From positions 160,592-224,591 of the forward strand of contig CAYOAP010000001.1 in NCBI GenBank assembly GCA_964401995.1: a stretch of 64,000 bases of DNA, given 5' to 3'. The notes under the pieces were generated by a model. That model was given only the letters and a program-made list of their open reading frames with translations, searched no databases and was not told the DNA's origin. Shown piece by piece: positions 39,233 through 50,847 of the stretch (positions are counted from its first letter, which is position 1; the number at the start of each line of letters is the position of its first letter). The DNA is from an uncultured Conexibacteraceae bacterium. Its GTDB lineage: Bacteria; Actinomycetota; Thermoleophilia; Solirubrobacterales; 70-9. A program made the position numbers and the translations under genes.

Positions 39233-40879
39233 ATGGAGATCAAGCCGGACGAGATCGCAAGCATTCTGCGCGAGCGGATCGAGGGAATGGAGACCGACTC
39301 CGCCGACCTTTCCGAGGTCGGCACGGTTCTGTCGGTGGCGGACGGCATCGCCCGCATCCACGGCCTCGACAACTGCATGGCGCTGGAGATGTTGGAGCTG
39401 CCGCACGGGGTCACCGGGCTGGCGCTCAACCTCGAGGCCGACAACGTCGGCGCCGTGCTCTTCGGCGAGTGGGACAAGGTCGTCGAGGGTGACACGGTCA
39501 AGCGCACCGGGCACCTGCTGCGGATCCCCGTCGGCGACGAGCTGCTGGGCCGCCTGGTCGACCCGCTCGGCCGCCCGCTTGACGACAAGGGCGAGATCGA
39601 AACGACCGAGACGCGCCCGGCCGAGTTCAAAGCCCCTGGCGTGGTCGAGCGCCAGCCGGTGACTGAGCCGGTCCAGACCGGATTGATGGCGATCGACGGG
39701 ATGATCCCGATCGGCCGTGGCCAGCGAGAGCTGATCATCGGCGACCGCCAGACCGGCAAGACGGCGATCGCGATCGACACGATTATCAACGCCCGCGACA
39801 AGGACATGATCTGCATCTACGTGGCGATCGGCCAGCGGATGTCGACGGTCGTGCAGCTGAAGGAGGTGCTGGAGGAAAACGGGGCGATGGAGAACACGAT
39901 CATCGTCGCCGCCCCCGCCGACGAGGCCGCACCGATCAAGTTCATCGCCCCCTACGCCGGTTGCGCGATGGGCGAGCACTTCCTCTACAACGGCAAAGCC
40001 GCGCTCTGCGTCTATGACGACCTGACCAAACACGCCTACGCCTACCGCCAGATGTCGCTGCTGCTGCGCCGTCCGCCGGGCCGCGAGGCTTACCCCGGCG
40101 ACGTCTTCTACCTGCACTCGCGGCTGCTGGAGCGCGCGGTCAAACTCAGCGACGAGCTGGGGGGTGGGTCGCTGACGGCGCTGCCGATCATCGAGACCCA
40201 GGCCAGCGACGTCTCCGCCTACATCCCGACCAACGTGATCTCGATCACCGACGGCCAGATCTTCCTCGAGTCCGACCTCTTCAACTCGGGCGTGCGGCCG
40301 GCGATCAACGTCGGCATCTCGGTCTCGCGAGTCGGCGGCAACGCGCAGACCAAGGCGATGAAGAAGGTCGCCGGAAAACTGCGCCTCGACCTCTCCCAGT
40401 ACCGCGACCTCGAGGCCTTCGCCCAGTTCGGCTCCGAGCTCGATCCCGAGACCCAGAAAGCGCTCGCCCGTGGCGAACGCCTGGTCGAGCTGCTGAAGCA
40501 GAAAGAGCGCGAGCCGCTCGGCGTCGCCGACCAGGTCGCGGCGATCTACTCCGGCACCGGCGGCTACCTCGACCGGATCAAAACCGAGCGCGTCGGCGAG
40601 TTCCTCGCCGACCTCCGCACCCGAATGCACTCCGAGGAGTCGGAGCTGCTGGGGCGGATCGCCGACACCGGCAAGCTCTCCGAGGAGGACGAGGCGGCGC
40701 TGGGCAAGGCGATCGCCGAGGCCGTCGATGACTTCGGCGCCGATTTCGACGAGCACGGCGACCCGGTCGAGGCCGGCGAGTCCGACCGCGTCAAGTCCGA
40801 GGAGGAGCGCGCGAAGCCGAGCCGCACCGCCGAGGCTGAGGCCGCGACCGATCAGGAGAAGGAGGCGACTCCGGCCTAG
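39233..40879 (+). CDS. atpA: F-type ATP synthase subunit alpha (with C-terminal extension of about 40 aa)
   Basis: 548 aa. Walker A GDRQTGKT. An acidic tail [43 protein letters not shown] extends beyond the canonical end. Confidence 0.95.
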   Translation: MEIKPDEIASILRERIEGMETDSADLSEVGTVLSVADGIARIHGLDNCMALEMLELPHGVTGLALNLEADNVGAVLFGEWDKVVEGDTVKRTGHLLRIPVGDELLGRLVDPLGRPLDDKGEIETTETRPAEFKAPGVVERQPVTEPVQTGLMAIDGMIPIGRGQRELIIGDRQTGKTAIAIDTIINARDKDMICIYVAIGQRMSTVVQLKEVLEENGAMENTIIVAAPADEAAPIKFIAPYAGCAMGEHFLYNGKAALCVYDDLTKHAYAYRQMSLLLRRPPGREAYPGDVFYLHSRLLERAVKLSDELGGGSLTALPIIETQASDVSAYIPTNVISITDGQIFLESDLFNSGVRPAINVGISVSRVGGNAQTKAMKKVAGKLRLDLSQYRDLEAFAQFGSELDPETQKALARGERLVELLKQKEREPLGVADQVAAIYSGTGGYLDRIKTERVGEFLADLRTRMHSEESELLGRIADTGKLSEEDEAALGKAIAEAVDDFGADFDEHGDPVEAGESDRVKSEEERAKPSRTAEAEAATDQEKEATPA

Positions 40880-40893
40880 GGCCGGGTGTAGCC

Positions 40894-41814
40894 ATGGCCA
40901 CTCAGAAGGACGTCAAGAATCGCATCTCGTCGATCAAGAACATCAACAAGATCACGAGGGCGATGGAGATGGTCGCCGCGGCGCGCCTGCGCCGGGCCGA
41001 GCAGCGGATCGCCGCTCTGCGCCCCTATGCCCAGGGGATGCGCAAGCTGACCCGCCGCGCCGCCGCCCAGGCGGGGGGTGTCCCCCGCGTCCCGGTCCTG
41101 GTCGAGCGCGAGGAGGTCAAACGCGTGGGCGTGGTCCTGGTCACCGGCGACCGCGGCCTGGCCGGCGCCTTCAACGCCAACATCATCCGCGAAGGGATGC
41201 GGTTGAAAAGAGAGATTCGCGAGCAGGGGGCGGAGCCGGTCTTCACCGTAGTCGGCCGCAAGGGCGTCTCCGCTCTGACCTTCCGCAAAGAGGAGCTGCG
41301 CACCTCATACGCCGGTTTCACCGACCGCCCCGCTTTCGCCAACGCGCGCGAGATCGGCGAGGAGCTGACCGCGCGCTACGTCGACGAGGGCCTCGACCGG
41401 GTCGAGCTGATCTACAACCGCTATGTCTCGCCGCTGACCCAGCACGTCTGGCGCCAGACGCTGCTGCCGCTGCAGCAGGCCGAGGTCATCGGCGAGGGGG
41501 TCGCCGCCGAGGAAGAGGAGGCGGAGGAGACCGAGATCGAGCAGGCGCACAGCCGCTCGCTGCTCGACTTCGAGCCCGACCCCGAGGAACTTCTTGCCCA
41601 GCTCATACCCGAGTACGTGAGCATCTCCGTGTACCGGGCGCTGCTGGAGTCCGCCGCTTCGGAGCTGGGAGCGCGGATGACCGCGATGCGCAGCGCCGCG
41701 GAGAACGCGGAAACGATGATGGAAGACCTGACGCTGGAAATGAACAGGGTCCGGCAGTCGGAGATCACACAGGAGATCTTGGAGGTAGTCGCCGGTGCCG
41801 AGGCACTCGGTTGA
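40894..41814 (+). CDS. atpG: F-type ATP synthase subunit gamma
   Basis: 306 aa. IKNINKITRAMEMVAAARLRRAE N-terminus and C-terminal NRVRQSEITQEILEVVAGAEAL. Confidence 0.95.
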   Translation: MATQKDVKNRISSIKNINKITRAMEMVAAARLRRAEQRIAALRPYAQGMRKLTRRAAAQAGGVPRVPVLVEREEVKRVGVVLVTGDRGLAGAFNANIIREGMRLKREIREQGAEPVFTVVGRKGVSALTFRKEELRTSYAGFTDRPAFANAREIGEELTARYVDEGLDRVELIYNRYVSPLTQHVWRQTLLPLQQAEVIGEGVAAEEEEAEETEIEQAHSRSLLDFEPDPEELLAQLIPEYVSISVYRALLESAASELGARMTAMRSAAENAETMMEDLTLEMNRVRQSEITQEILEVVAGAEALG

Positions 41815-41819
41815 CCTAA

Positions 41820-43262
<1,443 letters not shown>

Positions 43263-43274
43263 GGGCGATCCGAG

Positions 43275-43688
43275 TTGGCATCCGACCACAAAATCGACGT
43301 TGAGGTCCTGACCCCCGAGGGGGAGGTCTTCAACGGCGAGGTGAAACAGGTCTCGACCCGGACCGCGGGCGGCGAAATCGGCATCCTCGCCAACCACACG
43401 CCGCTGCTGGCGGCGCTGCGCCCGACCGAGCTGCGGCTGCACATCTCCGACTCGGAGACCAAGCGCTACGCCCAGGCTCACGGCTGGCTGCAGGTCTTCG
43501 GCAACAAGGTGCGCCTGCTGATCGAGGAGGCAATCGCCCCCGACGAGCTCGATCCGGCAACTCTGAAAGAGCAGCTGGCTGATGCTGAACAGCGCCTGTC
43601 CGAGTCCGAGAAAGGCAGCGGTGAGCAGGGGCGGGCCAAAAAGGACCGTGACCGGGCGGAGGCATTTCTCGCTATTGCCCAGGGATGA
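43275..43688 (+). CDS. atpC: F-type ATP synthase subunit epsilon
   Basis: 137 aa with TTG start. VEVLTPEGEVFNGEV..GEIGILANHTPLL is typical of epsilon. Confidence 0.9.
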   Translation: MASDHKIDVEVLTPEGEVFNGEVKQVSTRTAGGEIGILANHTPLLAALRPTELRLHISDSETKRYAQAHGWLQVFGNKVRLLIEEAIAPDELDPATLKEQLADAEQRLSESEKGSGEQGRAKKDRDRAEAFLAIAQG

Positions 43689-44777
43689 ATGAGCGACGAG
43701 CTGCTGGCTCTTGCCAAGCGCCTGATCAGCTACGACACGTCTGAGCCCGAGGCTGTCGCCGAGGCCGCTGGGTTCGTCAAGGGCTGGCTTGAGGCGCGGG
43801 GGATCGAGTCGCGCAGCGATGAGGTGCGTGGGCTGCCGGTGATGAAGGCCGAAGTCGGGCCGACGGACGCGCCGACGGTGGTGCTCCACGGTCATCTCGA
43901 TGTCGTTCCAGGGCGGGTGGGGCAGTTCGATCCCAAAGTCGAGGGCGACCGCCTCTACGGGCGCGGCGCTTATGACATGAAGGGCGCTCTTGCCGCGATG
44001 CTGCTGACGACGGCGGCGATGCGTGATCAGGACGGGGTCCGGGTCCGGCTTGGGATAGTCGGCGACGAGGAGTCCGAGGAGGAGGCTGAGCGCGGCAGCG
44101 ATCATCTGGTCGACAGCGGCTTCATCGGCGACTTCGCGATCACCGGCGAGCCGACCGATCTCCACATCGGGATCGAGGCCAAGGGGGTGCTCGCCCTGCG
44201 GCTTGAGGTCAGCGGCACGGCCGCCCACGGCGCCACTCCCTGGCTCGGCGACAATGCCGTTCTCAAGGCGCTCGACATTTTCCGCAGTATCGAGTCGCTA
44301 CCGTTTGCCAGGCACAGCTCCGAGCTTTTCGACCGCCCCTCGATCAACCTCGGCCGGATCTGGGGCGGGGATGCGCTCAACAAGGTGCCCGACCGATGCG
44401 TGATCGACGTCGACATCCGCTACCTGCCCGATCAGGACCCAGCCTCGGTGCTGGAGGAAGTCCATGGGCTGAGCGGGATCGCGGTCTCCTCGCTCTTCAG
44501 CCGCCCGCCGGCCACCGTCGACCGCGACTCGACTTACATGCGCGCCCTGCGCGACGCGGCGACGGCGCATCACGACGGCGAGCCGATGAGCGTCGGCCGC
44601 GACGGCGCCTCCGATGCGGTCTCGTTCCTGCGGGTCGGAGTGCCGGCGGTGGAGTTCGGCCCGGTCGGCGCCGGCCACCATGGGCCCGAGGAGTGGGTCT
44701 CGGTCTCCTCGCTGGAGGTCTACCGACAAACGCTCGACACCTTCCTGCGCTCGATCCCGGCGAGGCTCGATGACTGA
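43689..44777 (+). CDS. M20-family metallopeptidase / deacylase (ArgE/DapE-like)
   Basis: HGHLDVVP, GRGAYDMKG and GDEESEEE metal-ligand motifs. Confidence 0.8.
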   Translation: MSDELLALAKRLISYDTSEPEAVAEAAGFVKGWLEARGIESRSDEVRGLPVMKAEVGPTDAPTVVLHGHLDVVPGRVGQFDPKVEGDRLYGRGAYDMKGALAAMLLTTAAMRDQDGVRVRLGIVGDEESEEEAERGSDHLVDSGFIGDFAITGEPTDLHIGIEAKGVLALRLEVSGTAAHGATPWLGDNAVLKALDIFRSIESLPFARHSSELFDRPSINLGRIWGGDALNKVPDRCVIDVDIRYLPDQDPASVLEEVHGLSGIAVSSLFSRPPATVDRDSTYMRALRDAATAHHDGEPMSVGRDGASDAVSFLRVGVPAVEFGPVGAGHHGPEEWVSVSSLEVYRQTLDTFLRSIPARLDD

Positions 44778-46392
44778 CCCGGTCTCGAAGAAGCCGCCGC
44801 CCGAGGGCGATCACGAGCCGGCGCCAAAGCCGAAGCGCTACTGGTGGCGCTTCCTCCTCGCCTCCTTCGTCATCGTCGCCGCCTGCGCCGGGGCGACCGC
44901 GGCCAGCGGGCTGCTTTACATCGGCAGCATCGCCGACGCCCTCTCCCATCACAGCGCCTACAAGCACAAACTCGACCGCTATCTCTCCGAGGTCGAAGGC
45001 GGCGCCCCCGAGAACATCCTCATCCTCGGCTCCGACAAACGGGCCAACATCCCGGGCGACCCCGGCCGCTCCGACACGACGATGCTGCTGCGCCTCGACC
45101 CCGAACGCAACGCGATCGCGGTGATGTCGATCCCGCGTGACCTCAAGGTCGAAATTCCCGGCTTCGGGACCGAAAAGTTCAACGCCGCCTACACCGACGG
45201 TGGGCCCAAACTGACCCTGCGCGTGGTCAAGGAATTGACCGGCCTGCAGATCAACCACGTCGTCAACGTCGACTTCCTCGGCTTCGTCCGCGCTGTCGAT
45301 GCGATCGATTGCGTCTACGTCGACGTCGACCGCCGCTACTACCACTCCAACGTCGGCTTGCCGGCTTCCGAACAGTATTCGGAAATCGACGTCCAGCCCG
45401 GCTATCAGCTGCTCTGCGGCAAACGGGCCCTGGAGTACGTGCGCTACCGCCATACCGACACCGACCTCGTCCGCTCGGCTCGTCAGCAGGACTTCATCAG
45501 CGCCGCCCGCCAGCGGGTGCCGATCTCCAAACTGGCCTTCGGCCAGGAAAGCCTGATCAACATCTTCACCAAATACACGACCTCCGACATCAGCGACGCG
45601 CAGACGATGATCCAGGTCCTCGAGCTCTTCGTCGAATCGCGCAACGCGGCGATCAAAGAGGTTCACTTCCCGGCGACGCTGGGGCCGAGCTACGTCTACG
45701 CGTCGGAGGGCGCGATCCACGGCGCTGTCAACAAGTTCCTCGGGATCGAAGCAAGCAGCGGCCCCCGCAACTCGCTGGAACAGGACGCGGGCGGCGGCTC
45801 CAAGTCAAAGAACAAGAAGGGCGCGAAGTCGAAGCCGAAGCAGGAAATGCCGCACCTGGCGAAGCCGAAGCCGCCGGGCAGCGATGGCTTGGTGCCGGCG
45901 GGCGAAGCTGGCAAGCTGGAGGCGAAGACGGTGGCCCGCAAGGTCGGCGCCGGCTTCCCCGTCTTCTATCCGACGCGGCTGCCGTCGGAAGCGCGCTATG
46001 TCGAAAGCTCGATCGAACTCCACATCCAGGATCCGCGCGTCTACCACCTCAAGGACACCGACGGCAACCGCCACGGCGCCTACCGTATGGTCGCCGAGTT
46101 CGGCCCCGAATTCGAAACCCATTACTTCGGCCTGCAGGGGATCCAGGGATGGTCAGACCCGCCGATCCTCGACAACCCGAGCCTGACCAAGACGATCCAC
46201 GGCCGCGAATATGAAATCTTCGTCGACGGAGACCGGATCCAGACGATCGCCTGGCATCGCGGCAACAACACCTACTGGGTCTCCAATGACCTCTTGAACA
46301 CCCTGACCAACGACCAGATGGTGGGCATGGCCCGCTCGGCAAACGTGGTCATGCCCAAGCAGAAGCCAAAGCGGGGAAAGAAGGCGCGGTGA
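44770..46392 (+). CDS. LytR-CpsA-Psr (LCP) family cell-wall glycopolymer ligase with extended C-terminal domain
   Basis: N-terminal TM, then ILILGSDKR..GRSDTTMLLRLDP..SIPRDL LCP core. ATG 44770 chosen inside track ORF 44614-46392. Confidence 0.8.
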   Translation: MTDPVSKKPPPEGDHEPAPKPKRYWWRFLLASFVIVAACAGATAASGLLYIGSIADALSHHSAYKHKLDRYLSEVEGGAPENILILGSDKRANIPGDPGRSDTTMLLRLDPERNAIAVMSIPRDLKVEIPGFGTEKFNAAYTDGGPKLTLRVVKELTGLQINHVVNVDFLGFVRAVDAIDCVYVDVDRRYYHSNVGLPASEQYSEIDVQPGYQLLCGKRALEYVRYRHTDTDLVRSARQQDFISAARQRVPISKLAFGQESLINIFTKYTTSDISDAQTMIQVLELFVESRNAAIKEVHFPATLGPSYVYASEGAIHGAVNKFLGIEASSGPRNSLEQDAGGGSKSKNKKGAKSKPKQEMPHLAKPKPPGSDGLVPAGEAGKLEAKTVARKVGAGFPVFYPTRLPSEARYVESSIELHIQDPRVYHLKDTDGNRHGAYRMVAEFGPEFETHYFGLQGIQGWSDPPILDNPSLTKTIHGREYEIFVDGDRIQTIAWHRGNNTYWVSNDLLNTLTNDQMVGMARSANVVMPKQKPKRGKKAR

Positions 46393-47738
46393 CCGACAAG
46401 CAGCCAATCGGGGTCATCGGCGTCGGCTGGGTCGGGCTGGTCACCGCCACCTGCTTCGCCGAGCTGGGCCACCCGGTGGTGGCGCGCGACATCTTGGCCG
46501 AGAAGGTCGAGGCGCTCTCGCGCGGAGAGGTGACGATCCACGAGCCGGGGCTGCAGGAGCTGCTGCAACGCAACTCAGAGCGTCTCACCTTCACGACCGA
46601 TATGGCCGAGGTCCTCGACGCGGCCAAGCTGCTCTTCGTCTGCGTCGATACGCCACCGACCTACTCCGGCGACGCCGACCTCGGGCGGGTGATGTCAGTG
46701 GTCGACGAGCTACGGGGTGATTCCACCCACGCCCTGGTGATGAAGTCCACGGTCCCGGTCGGGACAGGCCAGAAAATCCAGCGCGAGCTGAGCGACACTG
46801 GCTACGCGTCCTGCCCGGAGTTTCTCAAGGAGGGCTCGGCGATCGATGACTTCATGCGGCCCGACAGGGTCGTGATCGGCGCTGATCCGGGAAACGAGTC
46901 TGCTGCCGATGCGGTTGAAGAGATCTATGCGCCGCTTGGTGGGGAGGTCATGCGCACCGACGTTTCCAGCGCCGAGATGATCAAGCTGGCGTCCAACACC
47001 TTCCTCGCCACCAAGATCTCCTTCATCAATGAGATCGCCAACGTCTGCGAGGAGGTCGGGGCAGACGTGACCGAGGTTGCCCGCGGCATGGGCCTGGATG
47101 ACCGGATCGGGCCGAAGTTCCTCCAGGCGGGGCTGGGCTTCGGGGGCAGTTGCTTTGGAAAGGACGTCTCGGCGTTGCGCAAGCTCGCCGCCAACACCGG
47201 GTACCACTTCCAGCTCCTCAACGCGGTGGTCGAGGTCAACGAGCTCCAGAAGCGCCGGGTCGTGCACAAGCTTCGTGAGCACCTCGGCTCGCTGGTCGGC
47301 AGGCGGGTCGCCCTGCTCGGCCTCTCGTTCAAGCCCAACACAGATGACATGAGAGATGCCGCCAGCCTGGTGCTCGCCGCGCGCTTGGAGGGAGAGGGCG
47401 TTGAAGTCGTCGCCTACGACCCGGTGGCCGGGCCGCGGGCTGCGGAACTTCTTCCTGGGGTGCAGATGTTGCCGTCTGCCACGGATGTCCTTGAGGGCGC
47501 CGACGCCGCCGTCCTCGTCACCGAGTGGGCTGAGTTCGCCGAGTTCGACTGGGCCGCTGCCGCGAGCCGGATGTCCCGTCCGCTGATCGTCGACGGGCGC
47601 AACTTCCTCGACGCCGATGCGCTGGTAGCAGCGGGCTTCGAGTACGAGGGCATCGGCCGCCAGAGTGCGGGTGACCGGCGCACCTCGGCGTCCTCAGTCG
47701 CTCGCGTGCAGAGCACGCCACGCTCCCTGCGTCCTTGA
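46389..47738 (+). CDS. ugd: UDP-glucose 6-dehydrogenase
   Basis: IGVIGVGWVGLVTATCFAELGH Rossmann motif and catalytic Cys in GFGGSCFGKD. GTGA overlap with the LCP gene. Confidence 0.9.
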   Translation: MTDKQPIGVIGVGWVGLVTATCFAELGHPVVARDILAEKVEALSRGEVTIHEPGLQELLQRNSERLTFTTDMAEVLDAAKLLFVCVDTPPTYSGDADLGRVMSVVDELRGDSTHALVMKSTVPVGTGQKIQRELSDTGYASCPEFLKEGSAIDDFMRPDRVVIGADPGNESAADAVEEIYAPLGGEVMRTDVSSAEMIKLASNTFLATKISFINEIANVCEEVGADVTEVARGMGLDDRIGPKFLQAGLGFGGSCFGKDVSALRKLAANTGYHFQLLNAVVEVNELQKRRVVHKLREHLGSLVGRRVALLGLSFKPNTDDMRDAASLVLAARLEGEGVEVVAYDPVAGPRAAELLPGVQMLPSATDVLEGADAAVLVTEWAEFAEFDWAAAASRMSRPLIVDGRNFLDADALVAAGFEYEGIGRQSAGDRRTSASSVARVQSTPRSLRP

Positions 47739-47769
47739 TCTGCTTGGTCACACGCACTCTGGCGAGCTA

Positions 47770-48750
47770 ATGCAGGCGATCGTTCTAGTTGGTGGGGAAG
47801 GGACTCGACTGAGGCCACTGACGGCGACGGTGCCGAAGCCGGCGCTGACCCTGGTCGACCGGCCGTTTCTCGCCTACATGGTCGAGTGGCTGGCGGGGCA
47901 CGGGGTGACTGAGGTCGTGCTTGCCTGCGGCTTCCTGCCCGACGTCCTGCGCGAGGCGCTGGGCGAGGGCAAGCGCGCCGGCGCCAGCATCCGCTACGTC
48001 GCCGAGCCCGAGCCGCTGGGCACTGCTGGGGCGATCCGCTTTGCCGCTGACCAGCTCGGCGATGACCTCGACGATCGCTTCCTTGCGCTCAACGGCGACG
48101 TCCTCACCGACCTCGACCTCGGCGCGCTGCTGCGGGCGCATGAGCAGCGAGGCGCCCGCGCGACCCTGGGTTTGCACCCAGTTGAGGACGCCGCGGCATA
48201 TGGGCTGGTTTCGACTAATGCCGACGGCGAGGTGCTTGAGTTCGTAGAGAAGACCGGGCGCCAGGCGCCGGGTGAGATCAACGCTGGGATGTACGTGCTT
48301 GAGCGCTCGGTCCTCGACCTGGTCGCGCCCGGCGAGAACGTCTCGATCGAGCGGGACGTCTTCCCCCGGCTGGTCGGCGACGGCCTCGGCGCCCTGCGGC
48401 TGGAGGGCTACTGGATGGACATCGGCACCCCGGAGCGCTATCTGCAGGCGAGCTGGGACATCCTCGAGCGCCGGGTGGCGACGGAAGTCAAGCCGACCGC
48501 GCCCGGGCTGCTGGTCGGCCCTGGCGCAACCGTCGCCGCAGCGGCGACGATCGGCCCGCGGGCGGTGCTCGGCCCGGGTTGCCAGGTCGCGGCCGGGGCA
48601 AAGGTCCGCGGCTCGGTTCTGCTCGATGGTTGCGTCGTCGGCGAGGGCGCCATGGTCGACGGCTCGATCCTCGCCCCCGGAGTTGAGGTCGACCCGGGGG
48701 CGGAGCTTGACGGCGCAGTGATCGGCCGGGATGAAAGAGTGCCCGCCTGA
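47770..48750 (+). CDS. NDP-sugar pyrophosphorylase (mannose-1-phosphate guanylyltransferase-like) with C-terminal LbH domain
   Basis: MQAIVLVGGEGTRLRPLT..PKP signature and hexapeptide-type C-terminus. Confidence 0.8.
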   Translation: MQAIVLVGGEGTRLRPLTATVPKPALTLVDRPFLAYMVEWLAGHGVTEVVLACGFLPDVLREALGEGKRAGASIRYVAEPEPLGTAGAIRFAADQLGDDLDDRFLALNGDVLTDLDLGALLRAHEQRGARATLGLHPVEDAAAYGLVSTNADGEVLEFVEKTGRQAPGEINAGMYVLERSVLDLVAPGENVSIERDVFPRLVGDGLGALRLEGYWMDIGTPERYLQASWDILERRVATEVKPTAPGLLVGPGATVAAAATIGPRAVLGPGCQVAAGAKVRGSVLLDGCVVGEGAMVDGSILAPGVEVDPGAELDGAVIGRDERVPA

Positions 48751-49745
48751 TGGCCCACCCGATGCTCGACGACATCCTCGCGATCCCCGATCACCTGCGC
48801 GACGCGCTCTGGCGGATCGACTCGGCTCGGCTCGAGGCTGCCGATGCCGCCGGCGTCCTCGTCTGCGGGATGGGGGGCTCGGCGATCGGCGGCGACCTCG
48901 CCGCCGCCGCCCTGGGCGATCGCCTCAGCCGGCCGTTAGTCGTCGTCCGCGGCTACCGGCTGCCGAGCTGGGTCAGCTCGGATTGGACCGTGCTCTGCTC
49001 CAGCTACTCCGGCAACACCGAGGAGACGCTGGCCTGCTTCGCCGCCGCCGAGGAGCTCGGCGCCCGCCGCCTCGTCGCCAGCACCGGCGGCGCCCTGGTC
49101 GATCAGGCCCGGGCGGCCGGTGTCCCGGTCGTCGGCCTGCCCGGCATCCTCCAGCCGCGGGCCGCCGTCGCCTACGCCTTCGCCGTCGCAGCCAAAGTCG
49201 CCTCGCTCGCTGGCATCGCCCCAAGCATCGATGCCGAAATCGAGGCCGCGGCTGCTTTCTTGAGCGAGCAGTCGGAGACGCTGCGCTCGCGCGCCGAGGA
49301 GATTGCGGCCGAGCTCGAGGGCAGGCTGCCGATCATCTGCGGCGCCGACCTGACCGTGTCCGTCGCTCGCCGCTGGAAGACCCAGGTCAACGAGAACGCG
49401 AAGCTGCCCGCCTACTTCTCGGAGATCCCCGAGGCCGATCACAACGAACTCTGCGGTTGGGGCGGGGCGCCGGCGACCGGCGCCAAGCTGGCTGCCGTCT
49501 TTCTCGAGGATGGCGACCAGCACCCGCGCGAGCGGACCCGTTTCGAGCTGACGGCCGCCGCTGTCGCATCCGACGGAGCGCGGGCCGTGCGGGTCGAGAC
49601 CGAGGGGGAGACCCCGGCGGCGAGGCTGCTCTGGGCGGTGATGCTCGGCGACCTCGTCTCCGTTAATCTCGCCGAGGCCCGTGGCGTCGACCCGCTTCCG
49701 GTCGAGCCGATTGAGAACTTCAAGACGGCGCTGGCCGGCTCTTAA
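48750..49745 (+). CDS. Bifunctional phosphoglucose/phosphomannose isomerase (SIS domain)
   Basis: VCGMGGSAIGGDL and SYSGNTEETL SIS motifs. ATGA overlap with the previous gene. Confidence 0.75.
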   Translation: MAHPMLDDILAIPDHLRDALWRIDSARLEAADAAGVLVCGMGGSAIGGDLAAAALGDRLSRPLVVVRGYRLPSWVSSDWTVLCSSYSGNTEETLACFAAAEELGARRLVASTGGALVDQARAAGVPVVGLPGILQPRAAVAYAFAVAAKVASLAGIAPSIDAEIEAAAAFLSEQSETLRSRAEEIAAELEGRLPIICGADLTVSVARRWKTQVNENAKLPAYFSEIPEADHNELCGWGGAPATGAKLAAVFLEDGDQHPRERTRFELTAAAVASDGARAVRVETEGETPAARLLWAVMLGDLVSVNLAEARGVDPLPVEPIENFKTALAGS

Positions 49746-49779
49746 CCGGGCCGGCGGCCTGATCTCGTAGGTTTCAGTC

Positions 49780-50790
49780 ATGCGCGCGATGATCCTGGCG
49801 GCTGGCTTGGGGACCCGGTTGCGGCCGATCACCTACGAGATGCCGAAGCCGATGGTGCCGGTCCTCAACCGGCCGGTGATGGAGCACATCGTGCGCCTGC
49901 TGGCCCGCCATGGCTTCAGCGAGGCGATCGCCAACCTGCACTGGTTCCCGGAGCTGATCGAGGGCCGCTTCGGCGACGGCTCGGATTTCGGCATCGAGCT
50001 CTCCTACAGCCGCGAGCAGCAGCTGCTCGGCACCTCGGGCGGCGTCCGCAACGCCGCCGACTTCCTCGGCGACTCGTTCCTCGTCATCTCCGGCGACGCG
50101 CTGACCGATATCGACCTGGCGGCGATGCGCGCCTTCCATGAGTCCCATGACGGGATCGCCACCCTGGCGACGAAGCGGGTCGACGACACCAGCCAGTTCG
50201 GGGTCGCGATCACCGGCGCCGACGGCCGCATCCAGGGCTTCCAGGAGAAGCCCGAGCCGGCCGAAGCGCTCTCCGACCTCGCCAACTGCGGCATCTACAT
50301 GTTCCGCTCCGAGGTCTTCGACTTCTTCCCGGCCCCCTCGACCAGCAAGGCGGCCGGGTCCGACGATCCGCCCGGCTTCGCCGACTGGGCGATGGACGTC
50401 TTCCCGGCGCTGCTGGGGGGCGATGTGCCCTTCTACTCGCACGAGATCGATGCCTACTGGAATGACATCGGCAACCTCGAGCAGCTGCGCCAGGGCAACC
50501 TCGATGCGCTTGGCGGCGCGGTTGCCGTCGACCCGGGCGCGCCCGAGGTTGGCGACGGTGTGCGGGCGGCGAGCCCACTCGGCGACGCCGAGGTCGTCGG
50601 GCCGGCCCTGATCGGCGCCGGGGTCGAGCTTGGCGCCGGGGTCCGGATCGACGGCCCGGCGATCATCGGCGACGGCTGCCGGCTCGGCGACGGCGCCCGT
50701 GTCCGCGACTCGATCCTGCTCGAAGCGGCCGAGGTCCCGGCCGCGGGCTTCCTGATCGGCGCGATCGCGGGTTCTGCGACGAAGACCTGA
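49780..50790 (+). CDS. NDP-sugar pyrophosphorylase, second copy, with C-terminal LbH domain
   Basis: MRAMILAAGLGTRLRPIT..PKPMVPV signature and hexapeptide C-terminus. Confidence 0.8.
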   Translation: MRAMILAAGLGTRLRPITYEMPKPMVPVLNRPVMEHIVRLLARHGFSEAIANLHWFPELIEGRFGDGSDFGIELSYSREQQLLGTSGGVRNAADFLGDSFLVISGDALTDIDLAAMRAFHESHDGIATLATKRVDDTSQFGVAITGADGRIQGFQEKPEPAEALSDLANCGIYMFRSEVFDFFPAPSTSKAAGSDDPPGFADWAMDVFPALLGGDVPFYSHEIDAYWNDIGNLEQLRQGNLDALGGAVAVDPGAPEVGDGVRAASPLGDAEVVGPALIGAGVELGAGVRIDGPAIIGDGCRLGDGARVRDSILLEAAEVPAAGFLIGAIAGSATKT

Positions 50791-50847
50791 CGCTTTTTTG
50801 ACAAAGCGCGCACCACGCGCGCGCCGCGGCTCCGCAGGATCTGGGGC

